Assembly (NCBI RefSeq): GCF_001194135.2
Contig: NC_068989.1
Location: forward strand, 93,967,345-94,031,344
DNA: 64,000 nucleotides
Origin: Octopus bimaculoides
Lineage: Eukaryota
Direction of reading: 5' to 3'
Position numbers and translations under genes: made by a program
Notes under the pieces: generated by a model
Seen by the model: the letters and a program-made list of their open reading frames with translations, nothing else
Databases searched by the model: none
What the model was told of the DNA's origin: nothing
Shown: positions 1-13,160 of the stretch, one piece after another
Numbering within the stretch: the first letter of the stretch is position 1
Layout of the letters: each line of letters begins with the position of its first letter

Positions 1-157
1 TATATATATATATATATACACACGTGTGTGTGTGTGTGTAAGGAAAATGTAACACGAGGATGGATGATATCAGCTTTAATAGTGGACCATAACATTTGTT
101 TTCTGCACCAGACACCAGCTTTAAGTTCGTTGTTTACTATTACGGTTTAATTGAAAA

Positions 158-375
158 GCGACGAGCTGGTAGAATCGTTAGTACGCCGGGGAAAATGCAT
201 AGCACCATTTCGTCCGTCTTTGGGTTCTGAGTTCAACTTCTGCCGAGGTCGAATTTGTCTTTCATCCTTTCTGGGTCGATGAATTAAGTGTCAGTTACGC
301 ACTGGGGTCGAAGTAATCAACTAGCTTCTCTCCACTAAATTTCAGGCTTTGTGCCTATATTAAAAATGATTATTA
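158..375 (+). mobile_element. tRNA-derived SINE, family A
   Basis: Head GCGACGAGCTGGTAGAATCGTTAG, B-box-like GAGTTCAACTTC and body GGGGTCGA..TAATC. Same layout as several other copies in the window. Confidence 0.85.
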
Positions 376-390
376 GTATATATGTGAAAA

Positions 391-606
391 GCGGTGGGCT
401 GGCAGAATTGTTAGCCCGCCAGGAGAAATGCTTAGCGGTGTTTCGTCTGCCGCTACGTTCTGAGTTCAAACTATGCCGAGGTCTACTTTGCCTTTCGTCT
501 CTTCGGTATCGATAAATTAAGCACCAGTCAAATACTGGTCTATGTGATCGACTTACACTATCCCATAAATTTCAGGTCTTGTGCCTATTATAGACAGGAT
601 CATTAC
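391..606 (+). mobile_element. tRNA-derived SINE, family A (tandem second copy)
   Basis: GCGGTGGGCTGGCAGAATTG head, GAGTTCAAAC B box and tail AAATTTCAGGTCTTGTGCCTAT shared with the 158-375 copy. Confidence 0.85.
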
Positions 607-1704
607 TGTTTATTTGAATATTTTTTAAGCAACACCTGTGTACGGGTGCTTCATCGGCTCGAATATGATAAAGTCCTGTTGGAATTTTCTGAATTTTCTG
701 GACATACGATACACATTACTTTCTATCAATCTAATTATCAGATTCCGAGGGACACAGACACAATTACAAAATTAGTATTAAAATAATAGCACCGACAACA
801 ATAACAGAGTGAAGGCAACCGTCATGGTACTCATAGTGGTAAAGGAAAAGGAAAAATAATAATAAAGTTCATGTTATTTGAATAAAAAAAGATAAAAGTA
901 AAAAGAAGAAAAGACTAAAGACTATTTTTATCAAGAAGTGGCTGGAGTGTGTCAATAGGTTAGAACAAAATAAAGTAAACAATTGCAAAGAATGGTTGAA
1001 ACGCTGTGTCATCTTTTTATGACTCTGTCTTTAGTTTCTTTGAATTATCTCTTATCTCCATTATTTATTATGCATTCCGGACGTTTGGTTTTCCCTGACC
1101 TCTATCAAGTCTACTGGTCATTAATTTTTAAGTTACCGGCCGCCTTTCATCTACATATCTTCTATTTGTCTTTTAATTTACTAGTTTTACTTTTATTTTA
1201 CCAATACACTTATGTCGTCTTACATCATTACAAATTCACTATATGGACGTATGTTTATACACGCATTCATACGTATATGTATGCGCACGTGTATAAATGA
1301 ATCAGAGCACTTTAGCTCTTATTTCTTGCATTGGTGGTGTGTTAACAACCTCTGTCATATTTAATGACAATTATAGTTTTCCTTTTTGATGATACATTGC
1401 TAAACCGCTGCCTAACTTAATTATTCATTTACACATAAGTGATTCGCTTAATTATCCATAAATGTGTGCACATACATATATTTACGACTATGTGGCCATG
1501 ATCCGAATCTACGCAACCAACAATGATGGGGTGAACCCAAAACAACAACACACCATGAAGTTTTTTTTTATTTATATTATCAACATTTATGCGTCAGCGT
1601 ACACAAACAACCTACATAGAAACAAATATATAGGAACAAATAAATTAATGCTACATTAGATGTTCAGTCAAAATATTTACAAAAGTAAAATATATACAGT
1701 TTAG

Positions 1705-1836
1705 AAATTTGGATTCATAAATTTGGATTCGTAAATTTGGTTTCATTGGATTCATGAATTTGGTTTCATAAATTTGGTCTCATCAATATGGTTTCCAAAA
1801 TTTGGATTCCGAAATTTGGTTTTCAAAATTTGGATC
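1705..1836. repeat. Degenerate 14-bp minisatellite (AAATTTGGWTTCAT)n, about 9 units
   Basis: Recurring AAATTTGGATTCAT, AAATTTGGTTTCAT and AAATTTGGATTCCG units. Confidence 0.85.
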
Positions 1837-2956
1837 TAAACATAAATAAATCTAATGTCAAAGCAACCATTTAAACTAAAAGTCCATGACACAAATCGGC
1901 TGCCAGACTACAAACATAATTATAGTTTAAAAATAAACAGTCAAACAAATAATGTAGTGTGCTTTAAATTCACACAAAACTGCTCCATACAAGCATGCTG
2001 AGTAACTATTAGACAAGATTTACAGTTTAGTTGTCTAATACGTAGGTAAATTAATACACTCGATATACGATTGACTGTGGTGTTCACGAAGGAGGGCTCT
2101 CTGTTGTGAGATGATTTTTCGCAGTGGATCGCCCCTGTGTCCTTAGTAGATTGAAATGTGGTCTCAATTTATACGTGTTCTAAGCATGTTGTTTTCTAGT
2201 TTGTGTTTCGTGAGAGGGGCAAGCGTACTTGTAAGTAGTTTCAATTTACTTCTTTACTATGTTGCAATAAGCAATAACCATTAGGATTTTAAAGCGTTAA
2301 AATATCTAAAATGAACACGTATTCAATATAGACGTCATCATTTTTGTACCTGTTGTTTCTTCCCATCCAGTTTTCCTCAGGTAGATTTATAACGTGGAAT
2401 GTCTTAGTCATAGACGTTACTATGACGGATTATTTTGAAACAAATGTAGCCTAGATAGTTGCCTATGATACGAGTGAGTGTGGGGAATTATTTCTAGCAG
2501 TCAACGTATCTACGTAGAGGCTGGGCAGCTATTAGCTTTGGCGCGTTGCTTGGTAGCAAGAATGACACACGTTATAAGACAATATATTAAGTTGAAAACA
2601 CATGCAGAGAAGACAGATTCACCTAAAGAAAGGCGAATTGTATTGTACAGTGATAGGAAAAGAGTCAATGATTATGATTTATTATAAATATGAAAGATGA
2701 GGCCAAAAGCAAAATAAAGAGAATCTCTAGAAAAAGCTGCGAAACAAAAAATGACACGGAATCACAATTATTAATCGTTTTATTTTTTAGTGAAGCTTCA
2801 ACATGGAAAAAAAATCTGAGAAAGAATAATGTGATATTGAAAGATAATGCTTAAAGCGAAAGTTTTAGATCTAATCCAAATTTACGAGCAGCATGTTACA
2901 ACGTAGAGGAGCATTGTACTATGTTAGAAGAATGTTCAACGTTAAGTGTAAAGATA

Positions 2957-4192
2957 CAGGGAGCGTTCATTAAAGATTTCCCCTGACCCATTTCCCAAGG
3001 ACTTGGATAAACGAAACTTTACATAATTATTAGTCCTTCTCTACATAGCCACCACCAATGGTGACACACTTTTCCCGTCGCTTTATGCAGCTGTGAAGAC
3101 CTCGTCTATAGAAATCGATAGGTTGCGTCTGGAGTCAAGACTTTACCTCGGAAATAAGTTCATCATCATCTGAAAAGACTTCGTGGTTGGCGAGAGGTAG
3201 AGGTCAGATGATGTAAGGTCGGGAAAGTAAGTGGGTGAAGAAGGATTTCATAGCCGCAGGTGTGTGCTTTCATCTGGGCAATATGCCCATTGTGAACTGG
3301 GGCGTTGTCTTGGAGGAGGCGCACTCCTTTCGTCAGTATGCCACACCTCTCTGCTTTGGTGATCTGCAATTTCTGCAGCAGAGAAGTGTAATATGCCCCG
3401 TGAATTGTAGCGCCCTTTGACAGAAATCCATCATCACTATTCGGCGCTGGCCCCAAAACACTGTGAGCATCACCTTGCCTGCGGAGGGTTGGGCATGTGC
3501 TTTCTTTGGAGGTGGTGAATAATCATGCTTCCATTGCTTCGACTGGACTTTAGTCTCAGGTTCATAGTGACTGACTCATTTTTCATCCTCGTTTTCTTTG
3601 CACATTGCCAAAAGAGCCTGAGAGCAATTAACTCGTTCCTCTTTCTGGAGAGGTGTGAGCATCCGGCGAATCCATCGTGCAGATAACTTCGACTTGTGCA
3701 AACGGTCGTGAAAGATCCACCCCCCCCCACCGGACCCTACACTTATCTTCTCTTCTTGGGTTAGTTGTCGAATAGTTATGTAGTAATCCTCCAAAATTGC
3801 GGTTTCCAATTTATGGATGGTGTCGTCATCAATGGTGGAATATGGTCGTCCAGGAATAGGAATAGTTTCTACTGACATCCAACCATATTTGAACTGGTGA
3901 TGTCAGTGCCTGCCTACGCCGTATGATAGTGCATCATAGCTATAAACTTATCGAAAGTCTCTTTTGGTGTACGACCTTTTCAAGTGTAAGAATCTGATCA
4001 CTGATTTGCATTCAACTGCCTCCATTATAACATCGTAGTCCACTTCAGCAGACCTAAAAGACAAACGAATACGAGCGGAAAGCTGAAATTTACAATGTGA
4101 TATGTAGAGATATGTTTGAATACACTTGATGAATTCCGTTTCCTCCAATGAACAAAAGCGGGTCAAGGGAAATCTTTAATGAACACCCATCG
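2957..4192 (-). mobile_element. Full-length decayed mariner transposon (~1.24 kb)
   Basis: TIRs share GTTCATTAAAGATTTCCC(C/T)TGACCC, with TA on both flanks (2955-56 and 4193-94). Frameshifted transposase has PGRP, an HTH region, ARWIRRMLT (WVPR-like), YYTSLL, LLQDNAPVH and GYEILLHP. Confidence 0.93.
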
Positions 4193-4436
4193 TACCAAAT
4201 TATTTTTGGGTGACATATGTAGGCACCTTAATGATATGAGCTTCTTCAGAACGGCATTGCATTACATTATTTTAAGTCAGTAAAGTTGGAACTAGACTCC
4301 ATGCAAGTAAATGCATATAATTTCCTTGTGAGTTTATGGCATTCAGCGCATGGTTGTATTTCAGAAAATGTGTTAGAAGGTGTCTGTATCTAAAAAAAAG
4401 AGGGCACTTTTATATGAAGTGAGAATGCATTATTTG

Positions 4437-4471
<35 letters not shown>

Positions 4472-4665
4472 CTATGTTTATAATAACGACCAGGATAAGC
4501 ATAATTCATGGCACAGTCCCATTGCTTTTGAAACTCTAATACGAAACTGGTAAAATCTATTCGCATATTTCAAAATATAGGTAAAATCTAATTAATTATT
4601 ATATATTCTCAGTGAATTATCGGCTTTATTTCTTCAGTTGATCCACATACTTAGACTCATAACAA

Positions 4666-4738
<73 letters not shown>

Positions 4739-5704
4739 CATACATACACACACACAAACAGAGACATACACAGTACATATTATATATTAATGAGTAGGCA
4801 TTGGGAATTTAATGTCTAAATTTGATGGATTCTCACTATCTTTTCTCCATAAGTTTCTTACTCCTTTCGCCTATCTGTAACCCTAAGCGTTAGATTTCCT
4901 TTCTATTTTCTTCATTGCGTATTTATTTTCATGGTACACATTCTTGTATTTTCATTCTTTCATATTTCTAGGCTTTTGCCGCCACCTGTTTTGTTTCTAT
5001 ATCCTCGTGTATCATTGATTTCTCTTTCCGTAGCCTTGTAATGTATTCATTTTGTTTCAGTAAAGTTTGTGCAGTTATACGATTGAATGTCTATACATAC
5101 ACATCTATCTTTTTACGCATCTACTCGTCTGGCCTTGCCTTCGCAAGAACAGAAAACCGATGATATGTGAACTGCGTACGAAAGTGTTCTACGCTTCATT
5201 ACGGATATGTGAATTACACGATTTACGAAAGCTGAGAGAAATAAATATTTGATGATTATTAAAACAAACTAAGCGTCGGAAACTTGCTGCCGCGTTTCGT
5301 GTACTGAGGTGGTTCAAGAATGATACAAAAAATTCAAAAAGACGCAGTACATTCCGATGTGATAGTGCACAATTGGCAGTAGAAGTACTGGCGAGGAGAA
5401 TATGTTGCCGACTGATGATGTAGCACTTGTTTCGCAACGCATGATGCGTATAATACATACACGCATTCATACACCCACATGCATATACACACGCACACGC
5501 ATGCACAGGCACACGCATGTACGCACACACAGACACACGTGTGTGTGTGTGTGTGCATTGAGAGTGAGTGTGTAAAATGTGGTCCATTTATGATTGCTAA
5601 CAATGATCTGCTCATACACACACGTGTATATATACGTGCATGTAAATACATATTTGTACATTCATATATATATATATATATATAGACACTTATATACTTA
5701 TATT

Positions 5705-5747
<43 letters not shown>

Positions 5748-6577
5748 GAATGCATACACATTTATATTGACACATGTACGCATATGTTTGTGTGTGTATA
5801 TGTGACACTCCATCTATGTGTTTACCAATCAATTCTGAACTAATGTTTCTTCTCATTTTCTATTACACCGGCTTCTAAAGGCTACGGATCTTTCTTTAGT
5901 TGAATTTAATCAATAAATTATCAAGTCCCAATATGATTAGTAAAGCAAATGAAAACTCAAAAATTCATTTAATAAAATCCTAATTATCTCTTCTATAATA
6001 AGAATTATATTCGTAGATTACCAGAGATAGCAATATTGACAAAAATAAGTGAAATAAGCGGGTGAAGGCGTGAAAATTGAAATAGAGATAATATTCCTGT
6101 GGGAAATTAAAATTGTGTGATTGGTGCCTTCCGAAGTATATTACGAAAATTAATCTAAAGATTGCAAGCAACATTCGCAGAACTTCACCGTTCTGAAAAT
6201 GACAAAAATATCCAAAATGGTATGACATTTATAGCTCAGCTTTAATGTAAATACTTGTCAATGAAATATGCTAATTCACAATAGATTATGCGTTATATAA
6301 TGCTAATTAAATTTGTATATTTCTATTTCTAAATCATTTCTTATTTCCATATATTCATGTTTTTGACGTTAGACATTAACAAGATATATCAGTCAGTTAA
6401 TCTCTCTATTGAGCGATCGATTTATGTAGTCATTTCTCACCCTCACCCTCGCTTTATCTATCTATTTGTGTGTCTATCTATGTGTCTAGCTATCTATCTA
6501 TCCATTTCCCTATAACTGTTAATGTTGGCATATATTTTATGTATACATGTCTAGATATACCCCTACACACTTGCACA

Positions 6578-6609
<32 letters not shown>

Positions 6610-6714
6610 GNNNNNNNNNNAGAGAGAGAGTGTGGGGTACACTCACATACACACACACACAAATACACACACTCTTGTATATATGGAAGCAGTGTGAGAA
6701 ATTGCATGCCATAA

Positions 6715-6860
6715 GATTCAGAGTGGCACAGAGTGGAACAAGGCCGGCCTTTTGAAATACATGCACAACTCCTTTTTGCCATTTGAGTAGACTGGAGCAA
6801 CGTGAAATAAAGTGTCTTGCTCTAAGACAAAACGCGTCACCGAGAATTGATATAACCATA
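6715..6860 (-). mobile_element. SINE fragment related to the 14106-14358 copy
   Basis: GAAATAAAGTGTCTTGCTCTAAGACA is the reverse complement of the TGTCCTTGCGCAAGACGCTTTATTTC segment at about 14180. Confidence 0.6.
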
Positions 6861-6914
6861 AGTCACGCGCCTTCACATTATATATATATATTAGACATAC
6901 ATATACAGGGTGTC

Positions 6915-7105
6915 AGCCACAGGAGTCACTGGAAGATATTAGCCAAGTGTAAACCTTATACCAACGGTAGTGGCAAGTGCAGTTTTTGTAATATGGAAAG
7001 ATAGTTCATCTAGAAATATTACTTAGACCCCGGTACATTCAAGAACTGAACTTTTGGGAATATGTCCACATGTCACAAAATACATGTTACAGTTTTCGAC
7101 ACCCC
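6915..7105 (+). mobile_element. Penelope-like element, C-terminal GIY-YIG endonuclease fragment
   Basis: WKILAKCKPYTNGSGKCSFCNMER*FI matches the PLE W-x-I...Y...C-x-x-C-x-x-E terminal pattern. Contains internal stops. Confidence 0.65.
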
Positions 7106-8167
7106 ACGATCACAGCTAGAATCTAAATTTCTACTATGTTCCTGCACAAGCTTTCCCATATGTTTTAAATTACACACACACACACACATACATACATACA
7201 TACATACATATATACATATATATATTGCTGACGTTATAAATCATCTACCAACATTCAAGTGAGCATACAATAATCCTCCCTGGAGCAAGGATTCTCGAAG
7301 ACGACAACGCTATAAAAGAAGAACATATAAATATTGTTTAAGTTATTTACACACTATCATCTATTACTGTTTCGAAATTCAGTTTCTAGAAATAAAAGAA
7401 TTATTTCACGTCATGGAATATTCTAAATTTTAATGACGTCAACAATATGTGTGTATGTATGCATGTTCGAATGTATACATGCATGTATGCATGTTCGTAA
7501 GTATGCACGAATGTATGTATGTTTGTGTGTGTGTGTGTGTGTGTGTATATATGCATGTGTCCACGCTTACCGGTGCACATATATCGTAGTCTCACATCGG
7601 ACGATATTGATAAACCTTTTAGCGATGACAACCTACATTTTACGTAGACACATTTATGGCACCATTCCCATTTTCTAAACGTGAATTATGACCTATGATT
7701 GGTATAATGTCAATCATTGACTAGATAATCCCTCAAAACACAGACACTTTTGAAAGTAATACGATACTAAAAAATTTTAAGAAATAAATCTCTTGGTTAT
7801 ATTTCCATTTAAATTGCAGAATTATTAAATAACTTGAGAAATGATGAAATTAACTGTGAATTTTTATGCTATATTTTGTTAATAGCCCGGCTGACGCCAT
7901 TGAGAGAAAAGTGCTGCGTCATTGCGTAATATGTTTTGTAGAGAAGGATTTAGTTTGGAATAATATTCCTCTATATTTGAAGCGTAAATAGCACATAAAC
8001 CGAATTAATTAGTTGTATATTTCAAAGCCACTTTTAATGAATTGTTTATTAAATATCAATACGAAATCTTTTAAACAGTCTATCTATCTATCTATCTATC
8101 TATTTATCTATTTATCTATATGTCTGTCTCTTTTTTTATGTCTCCTTCTTTCACTCTCTCTGTCTCT

Positions 8168-8312
8168 CTATATATACGACGGGCTTCTTTCAGTTTCCGT
8201 TTATCGAATCCTCTCAGAAGGCTTTAGTCGGCCCACTTGCCCAAGTATCCGGGCAGTAAGACTGAACTAAGGACCATGTAATTGAGAAACAAGCTTCTTA
8301 AACACAGCCACG
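8168..8312 (-). mobile_element. tRNA-derived SINE, family B
   Basis: Minus strand reads GTGGCTGTGTTTAAGAAGCTTG...GGTCCTTAGTTCAGTC...GGAAACTGAAAGAAGCCCGTCGTATATA. Confidence 0.75.
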
Positions 8313-8522
8313 TAAAGTTTAATTTGCGCGTGTCATTACTTCCAGTTTTTCGATCCCGGTTACATCTATTTTTATCTTTCTCATAATTAACTTAAAATGA
8401 TACGAAAACTCTTTAAAGCATGCTTGATTCCCTGCGAAGTGTATAGGAAAAAGAAACTAAATATCAATTAATAGCAATAATAATAAATTAATCCAATTTC
8501 GTTGTCATGAAACTGGATATAA

Positions 8523-8872
8523 TTACATCCGCTTTAGTGAAGCCGTAGGTATTGTTTTTAGTCGTGTTTGTTTGTTTGTCCGTGGATAAGATATCTCAAG
8601 AACCACTGGATGGATTCGGATGTTTGGTCTTGTAACTGGGACAACTGATTAAATTTCGGGATCGATCCAGTACCAAACAAGGATTCTGGATTATATTTCC
8701 TGTAATTTTTACTTAATTTTTGAGAGCGGTCGGGTTCATTATTAGTACTCTCGTTTGTGAGAGCAGTCGAGTTTATTTCAGATATTCTCATTTTCAAAAT
8801 CATCTCCAGCTAATCGTTGAGAGGACATTGGTGTTGTCTTGGCGGCGTTTTACGCTCTGAGTGTTCTTGTTA
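8523..8872 (+). mobile_element. Non-autonomous Helentron-associated (HINE/DINE-1-like) element
   Basis: 5' imperfect palindrome, (GTTT)n microsatellite and a 3' end GGCGGCGTTTTACGCTCTGAGTGTTCTTGT with a short stem-loop. The family assignment comes from remembered architecture. Confidence 0.5.
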
Positions 8873-9269
8873 CATATACTTTTTATTCGACATGTCATAA
8901 TGGATGTAAAATACATAAAATAGACGTTGTATGATATTTAAAACTTAGTTTCATTCGTATAATGGAAGCATTTCAGTTTACAGTGTTATAAAATATACAT
9001 GAACACCGAAGCTTATGTTTATTACATCACATTTGTATTGGATATGCATAAGAAAAATTTAAGGAATAAAACATAGTAAAAATATTCGTATAATTGTCAG
9101 CATATAGCATATGACACATTACTACATTCTGTAAATCTTAAATAATTGGAATCATTGAAATACAATGATTTTATACATTATCAAATATAAATTATACATG
9201 TTATAGAATATAAATTTACATATAGTCTTGTATTAATTATTTGACAGCATGCCATTCCATCACTTACTT

Positions 9270-9326
<57 letters not shown>

Positions 9327-9980
9327 GTGTGTGTGTGTATTAGGATGTATGTGAGAACATGTATACATACGTATATGTATATATACACATTTACAAGCAT
9401 ATATACATGTATATATGTGCGCGCGCATGTTTGTATATCTATACATACTTACATATACTTACATATATGTGTGTGTGTGTGTGTATGTATGCATGTATGT
9501 ATATATATATATTATATATCTTGGTATTTGTGCATATATATAAATGGGTGTATGTATAGTGTATATTCATATCAACGAGCAAATAGATCAACCACTACGT
9601 GTCTTTCGAACCATTAGAAATTGCAACGAAGCCTCATAGAAGATAATCTTCACCTTCTTATATAAAAACAAAACATTAAATGTAGCCCAACATAAAAGCA
9701 TGGGTGGTGGTGGTTATGGCAGGAAGTTCTTTGATCGCAGGTTTGCTCATTCAGGGTTTAACTGGTGCTGGACACCAACAACACCTTCACTATAAGCACA
9801 TATCTCTTGTTTTTCACTTCACTCTTATGTGGGAAAGTTTTATCATACATCTCCCTGTATATTGATTTCTTAGCAAGTCTGAATGTTTCAAATAAGGCCC
9901 GAGAATGAAATTGTCTGACCTCTATATTTTCCCGAATTATAAAGAAAGCAGAATAGCTTTCCATTAGGAATTTATATTGA

Positions 9981-10097
9981 TTAGAATCTCAGCTGTGCCA
10001 AAGACTTATTTCTTGCTTTTCGGCGATCATCGCAGCTTCTTTCACAAAATATGTTATGAATTAGGCTTGTAGCTATTAACATATTTATCTCTTCAGG
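9981..10097 (-). CDS. Candidate terminal coding exon of an unnamed gene (PEEINMLIATSLIHNIFCERSCDDRRKARNKSLAQLRF*)
   Basis: Strong acceptor CTATTTCTTTTTTTCGTCAG, phase 0, 38 codons plus TAA. In frame with the 10421-10642 exon. Confidence 0.4.
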   Translation of the reverse strand, partial: PEEINMLIATSLIHNIFCERSCDDRRKARNKSLAQLRF

Positions 10098-10420
10098 CTG
10101 ACGAAAAAAAGAAATAGTATTCTCACTCTATAGTCATTGAACTGTGAACAGTAAGTTAAAAAATACTCAGGTATAAAGCAATATTTCTTTAATGCATCCA
10201 TTCATGTGCTATGTGATAGGACAGTGTACGATGTCTGTATAAACGGTTTACTGTGATTTATATATCAGAATGAGTAGGTTGTGTAAGAAACTAGAATATA
10301 TAGACATTAACGACGTTTAATCATAACAACGGCTACTAAGCGAGATTACTGGGTATCTTATATTTCTTGTTATACGCTCTCTTATATATTACAATACGGT
10401 TCACTCTAACATAATTTTAC

Positions 10421-10642
10421 TTCAATCATCTCTCGTTTAGTTGTTTTTCCTTTTGTGTGCCCATAACCATATTCTACAAATTTAATCGATGGATCATTGC
10501 GTTCAGCGATACTGTTGTCAGTCTTATCATTCGTAGGATTCGCAGCACACACTTGCTCGGAAGACGTCAGTTCACCTCCACATTTGATCTCACTAATTGA
10601 GTTACTATTTCCAGTATGCCGATAATACAATAAATTATAAAA
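10421..10642 (-). CDS. Candidate internal coding exon (..EIKCGGELTSSEQVCAANPTNDKTDNSIAERNDPSIKFVEYGYGHTKGKTTKREMIE)
   Basis: 74 open codons with protein-like composition, ending at donor GAA|GTAAAA. The 5' acceptor position is uncertain. Confidence 0.45.
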
Positions 10643-11399
10643 CTAAAATTGGTCAGCCAATGAAAGCTATAGTTCAAATATTTCCTTAGGCTCTTGGAAA
10701 TATTTCAATTATAATATATAACCAATAAATTAATAAATGTCAGTTAAGTTTGGTTCGGTGAAGCTTAACGTATTGACTGTCAATTCTAATTTGTCGTGGT
10801 CATTAATTTGCAAGAAATAAAAATCACTGGACAAGAACTTATTATTAACGAACTGAAACCTTCTAACATTTTTAAGTGGTTCACAGAATGTTTTTCATTT
10901 GAAATTCATCAAATAAATCTTTTTGCATTGTTGTTGCAAATATAGTTTTCCAATATAACATACGTTTGTTGATGTGTCTCCCCAAAAAAGTGAAAGATTA
11001 AATAGCGAAGTTACAAGAAACTAAAATTTAATCATAAAACATTTACTAATGAATGTGGAATTAGATGAAATATTTTTAGGAATTGCTACACTTCTCAAGT
11101 TTTAGAAAAATATCATTCCTATAAACTAATTGTTTCACGACTCCTATTAATGAAATGAATATTACCATGGTGTGATACACATCATATAAGGATAACAAAT
11201 TCAGTTTTAAAAAATTATAAAAAAGCGTAAACTAAACAAATAAATTGCATACGTACGTGTGTGTGTCTGTGTGTGTGCGTATGTGCGTGCTTGCACTGAT
11301 GAATGCAAATTATTATTATTTTCGTACTTTCGACTATTCCACTCAATAATCTCCATATAAGTGGCAAGCAGGTGCCTCTCACGAAAACATCGAAGAAGG

Positions 11400-11640
11400 C
11401 TATTATTATTATTATTGTTGTTGTTGTTGTTGCTATTGGAACTCCTGAAGTCTTGCATACGTAAGTGGCTTGCTACCTACAGCCTGTGTTACCATGCTAT
11501 GCGTTCCTTTCAACTATCTAATGCTTAGCCGATTATTTTCTGACCGTGGCATGGAAGCAAACAGTTTGTAGCTGCTTTGCTAGACACGGTGTCCCAATTT
11601 CCTTTATAATTCTGTTGATGCTTTCTGGCACTAATACCAA
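11400..11640 (-). mobile_element. 3' end of an RLE-type (R4/Dong-like) non-LTR retrotransposon
   Basis: Minus strand gives LVPESINRIIKEIGTPCLAKQLQTVCFHATVRK, then a UTR and an (AAC)n(AAT)n tail. Confidence 0.45.
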
Positions 11641-11649
11641 TGGCTTGAC

Positions 11650-11905
11650 TATTATTATCATTATCCTCTCTCCCTCACCATTTTGTAGCTGTCGGTGTAA
11701 TACCGATGATGCTGCTCACAACCAGTGGAACCTTCAATTTTGAAGCACTTTTCGAAGTACTGCAGTAGTTCAAGGAAATATTGTTTTCTGTAAGTGTAAT
11801 GCTGTCACTGAATTTTTCAATAGTTTTTAATTCTGGTGCTCACAGTACCAAGCGCCCCAGCAACAACTTTTTCCTTTGTCCATATGTTTCCACATATCAC
11901 CCATA
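11650..11905 (-). mobile_element. 3' end of an RLE-type (R4/Dong-like) non-LTR retrotransposon
   Basis: VVAGALGTVS and HLQKTIFP*TTAVLRKVLQN match the terminal GALG-x-V / LQK-x-x-LLGT-x-x-ILRKVL motifs. Flanked by trinucleotide repeats. Confidence 0.7.
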
Positions 11906-12889
11906 CTACGACTACTAGTAGTAGTAGTAGTAGTAGTAGTTGTAGTGTAGTAGTGCATGTGCGTGTGGATTATGTGTATGTGTATGTGGGGGGAATGCAT
12001 GTATATAATCATATATAGTTTTTAATCATATGTATCTTGGAAAATATGCGCTTAAAAATATCCAAGCTGAGCTGCAATAACCGAGTATTAAAACGCCTCC
12101 AAAGAAGAAATTTTATTGTTTCATTCCATAGAATTTGTTTCCTTATGGGGCCATAAATATTTCTCTTGTTTTTAATATTGTGTAACAGGCAAATTAAACA
12201 TAATTTCTGTTCACAAAATACGCTCGTCGCTTTGTTTATTGGAAAATCGTATGTCTTCATATTCATAATAATTGCTGTACTTACAGTTATTTTCACACCT
12301 CAACTTTCGATTAAATATATTTGATGAAGTTAATATATATGTATAGTTTAAATTCTCCACAAAGCCAGTATTATTTCGTCTGTAATGCTTCTATAACCTC
12401 GACGGGCATCGTTCTAGACTGTATCAAAAACATGTCTATAGCTGTAGCCTGTGACACAAAAGAAATATATTTCCATCTATCTCTCGCCCACTGACAGCAC
12501 CTTTTCTAATATTCAATAAAATTTTGTGTCATCAGCCCTTGATTTAAATGTATAACTGAATTGCGAATTGAAGCCTTTCCAACCAAAGCCGGTGGCCATT
12601 AAATTTCAAAATCATATTCTCTTTCGTCGAATATAATCTGTAAGAATTTAGAAGTAGAGGTTTAGTGCCTGGTACCGTATTTGAAAAAAGCCTTGGCAAA
12701 ATCAAAGCAAACCAGCCTGTTCTGTCTCTTTACATTCAGGCTTCAAATCTGTCTTAATGAACAACTAATACCACTACCATTGGCTGACCAATGGATTATG
12801 AGCGACATTGATAGACGGAAACTCCATGAAAGCATTATATATATATATATATATATATATAATGTGTGTGTGTGTGTATCTGTGAGAAC

Positions 12890-12940
<51 letters not shown>

Positions 12941-13039
12941 TTTTATGTATGTGTCTTTGTGTTTGTCTTCCTCCCTGTCACATGGCAATTGATGTTTTTT
13001 TTTATATTTACATCCCTGTTGTTTCACGGATTGGTCAAG

Positions 13040-13160
13040 AAAACGACAGCATACCTATGAGACTTAAAAAGTACTTTTGCGAACGATTTGTTCGACGAAA
13101 CCCTTCAAAGCGGTGCTCAGCATGGTCGCAGTCCAATGACTGAAACAAGTAAAACGGGGA
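13040..13160 (+). mobile_element. SINE 3' tail fragment
   Basis: GCGGTGCTCAGCATGGTCGCAGTCCAATGACTGAAACAAGTAAAA. The same tail occurs near 59790 and 62740. Confidence 0.6.
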
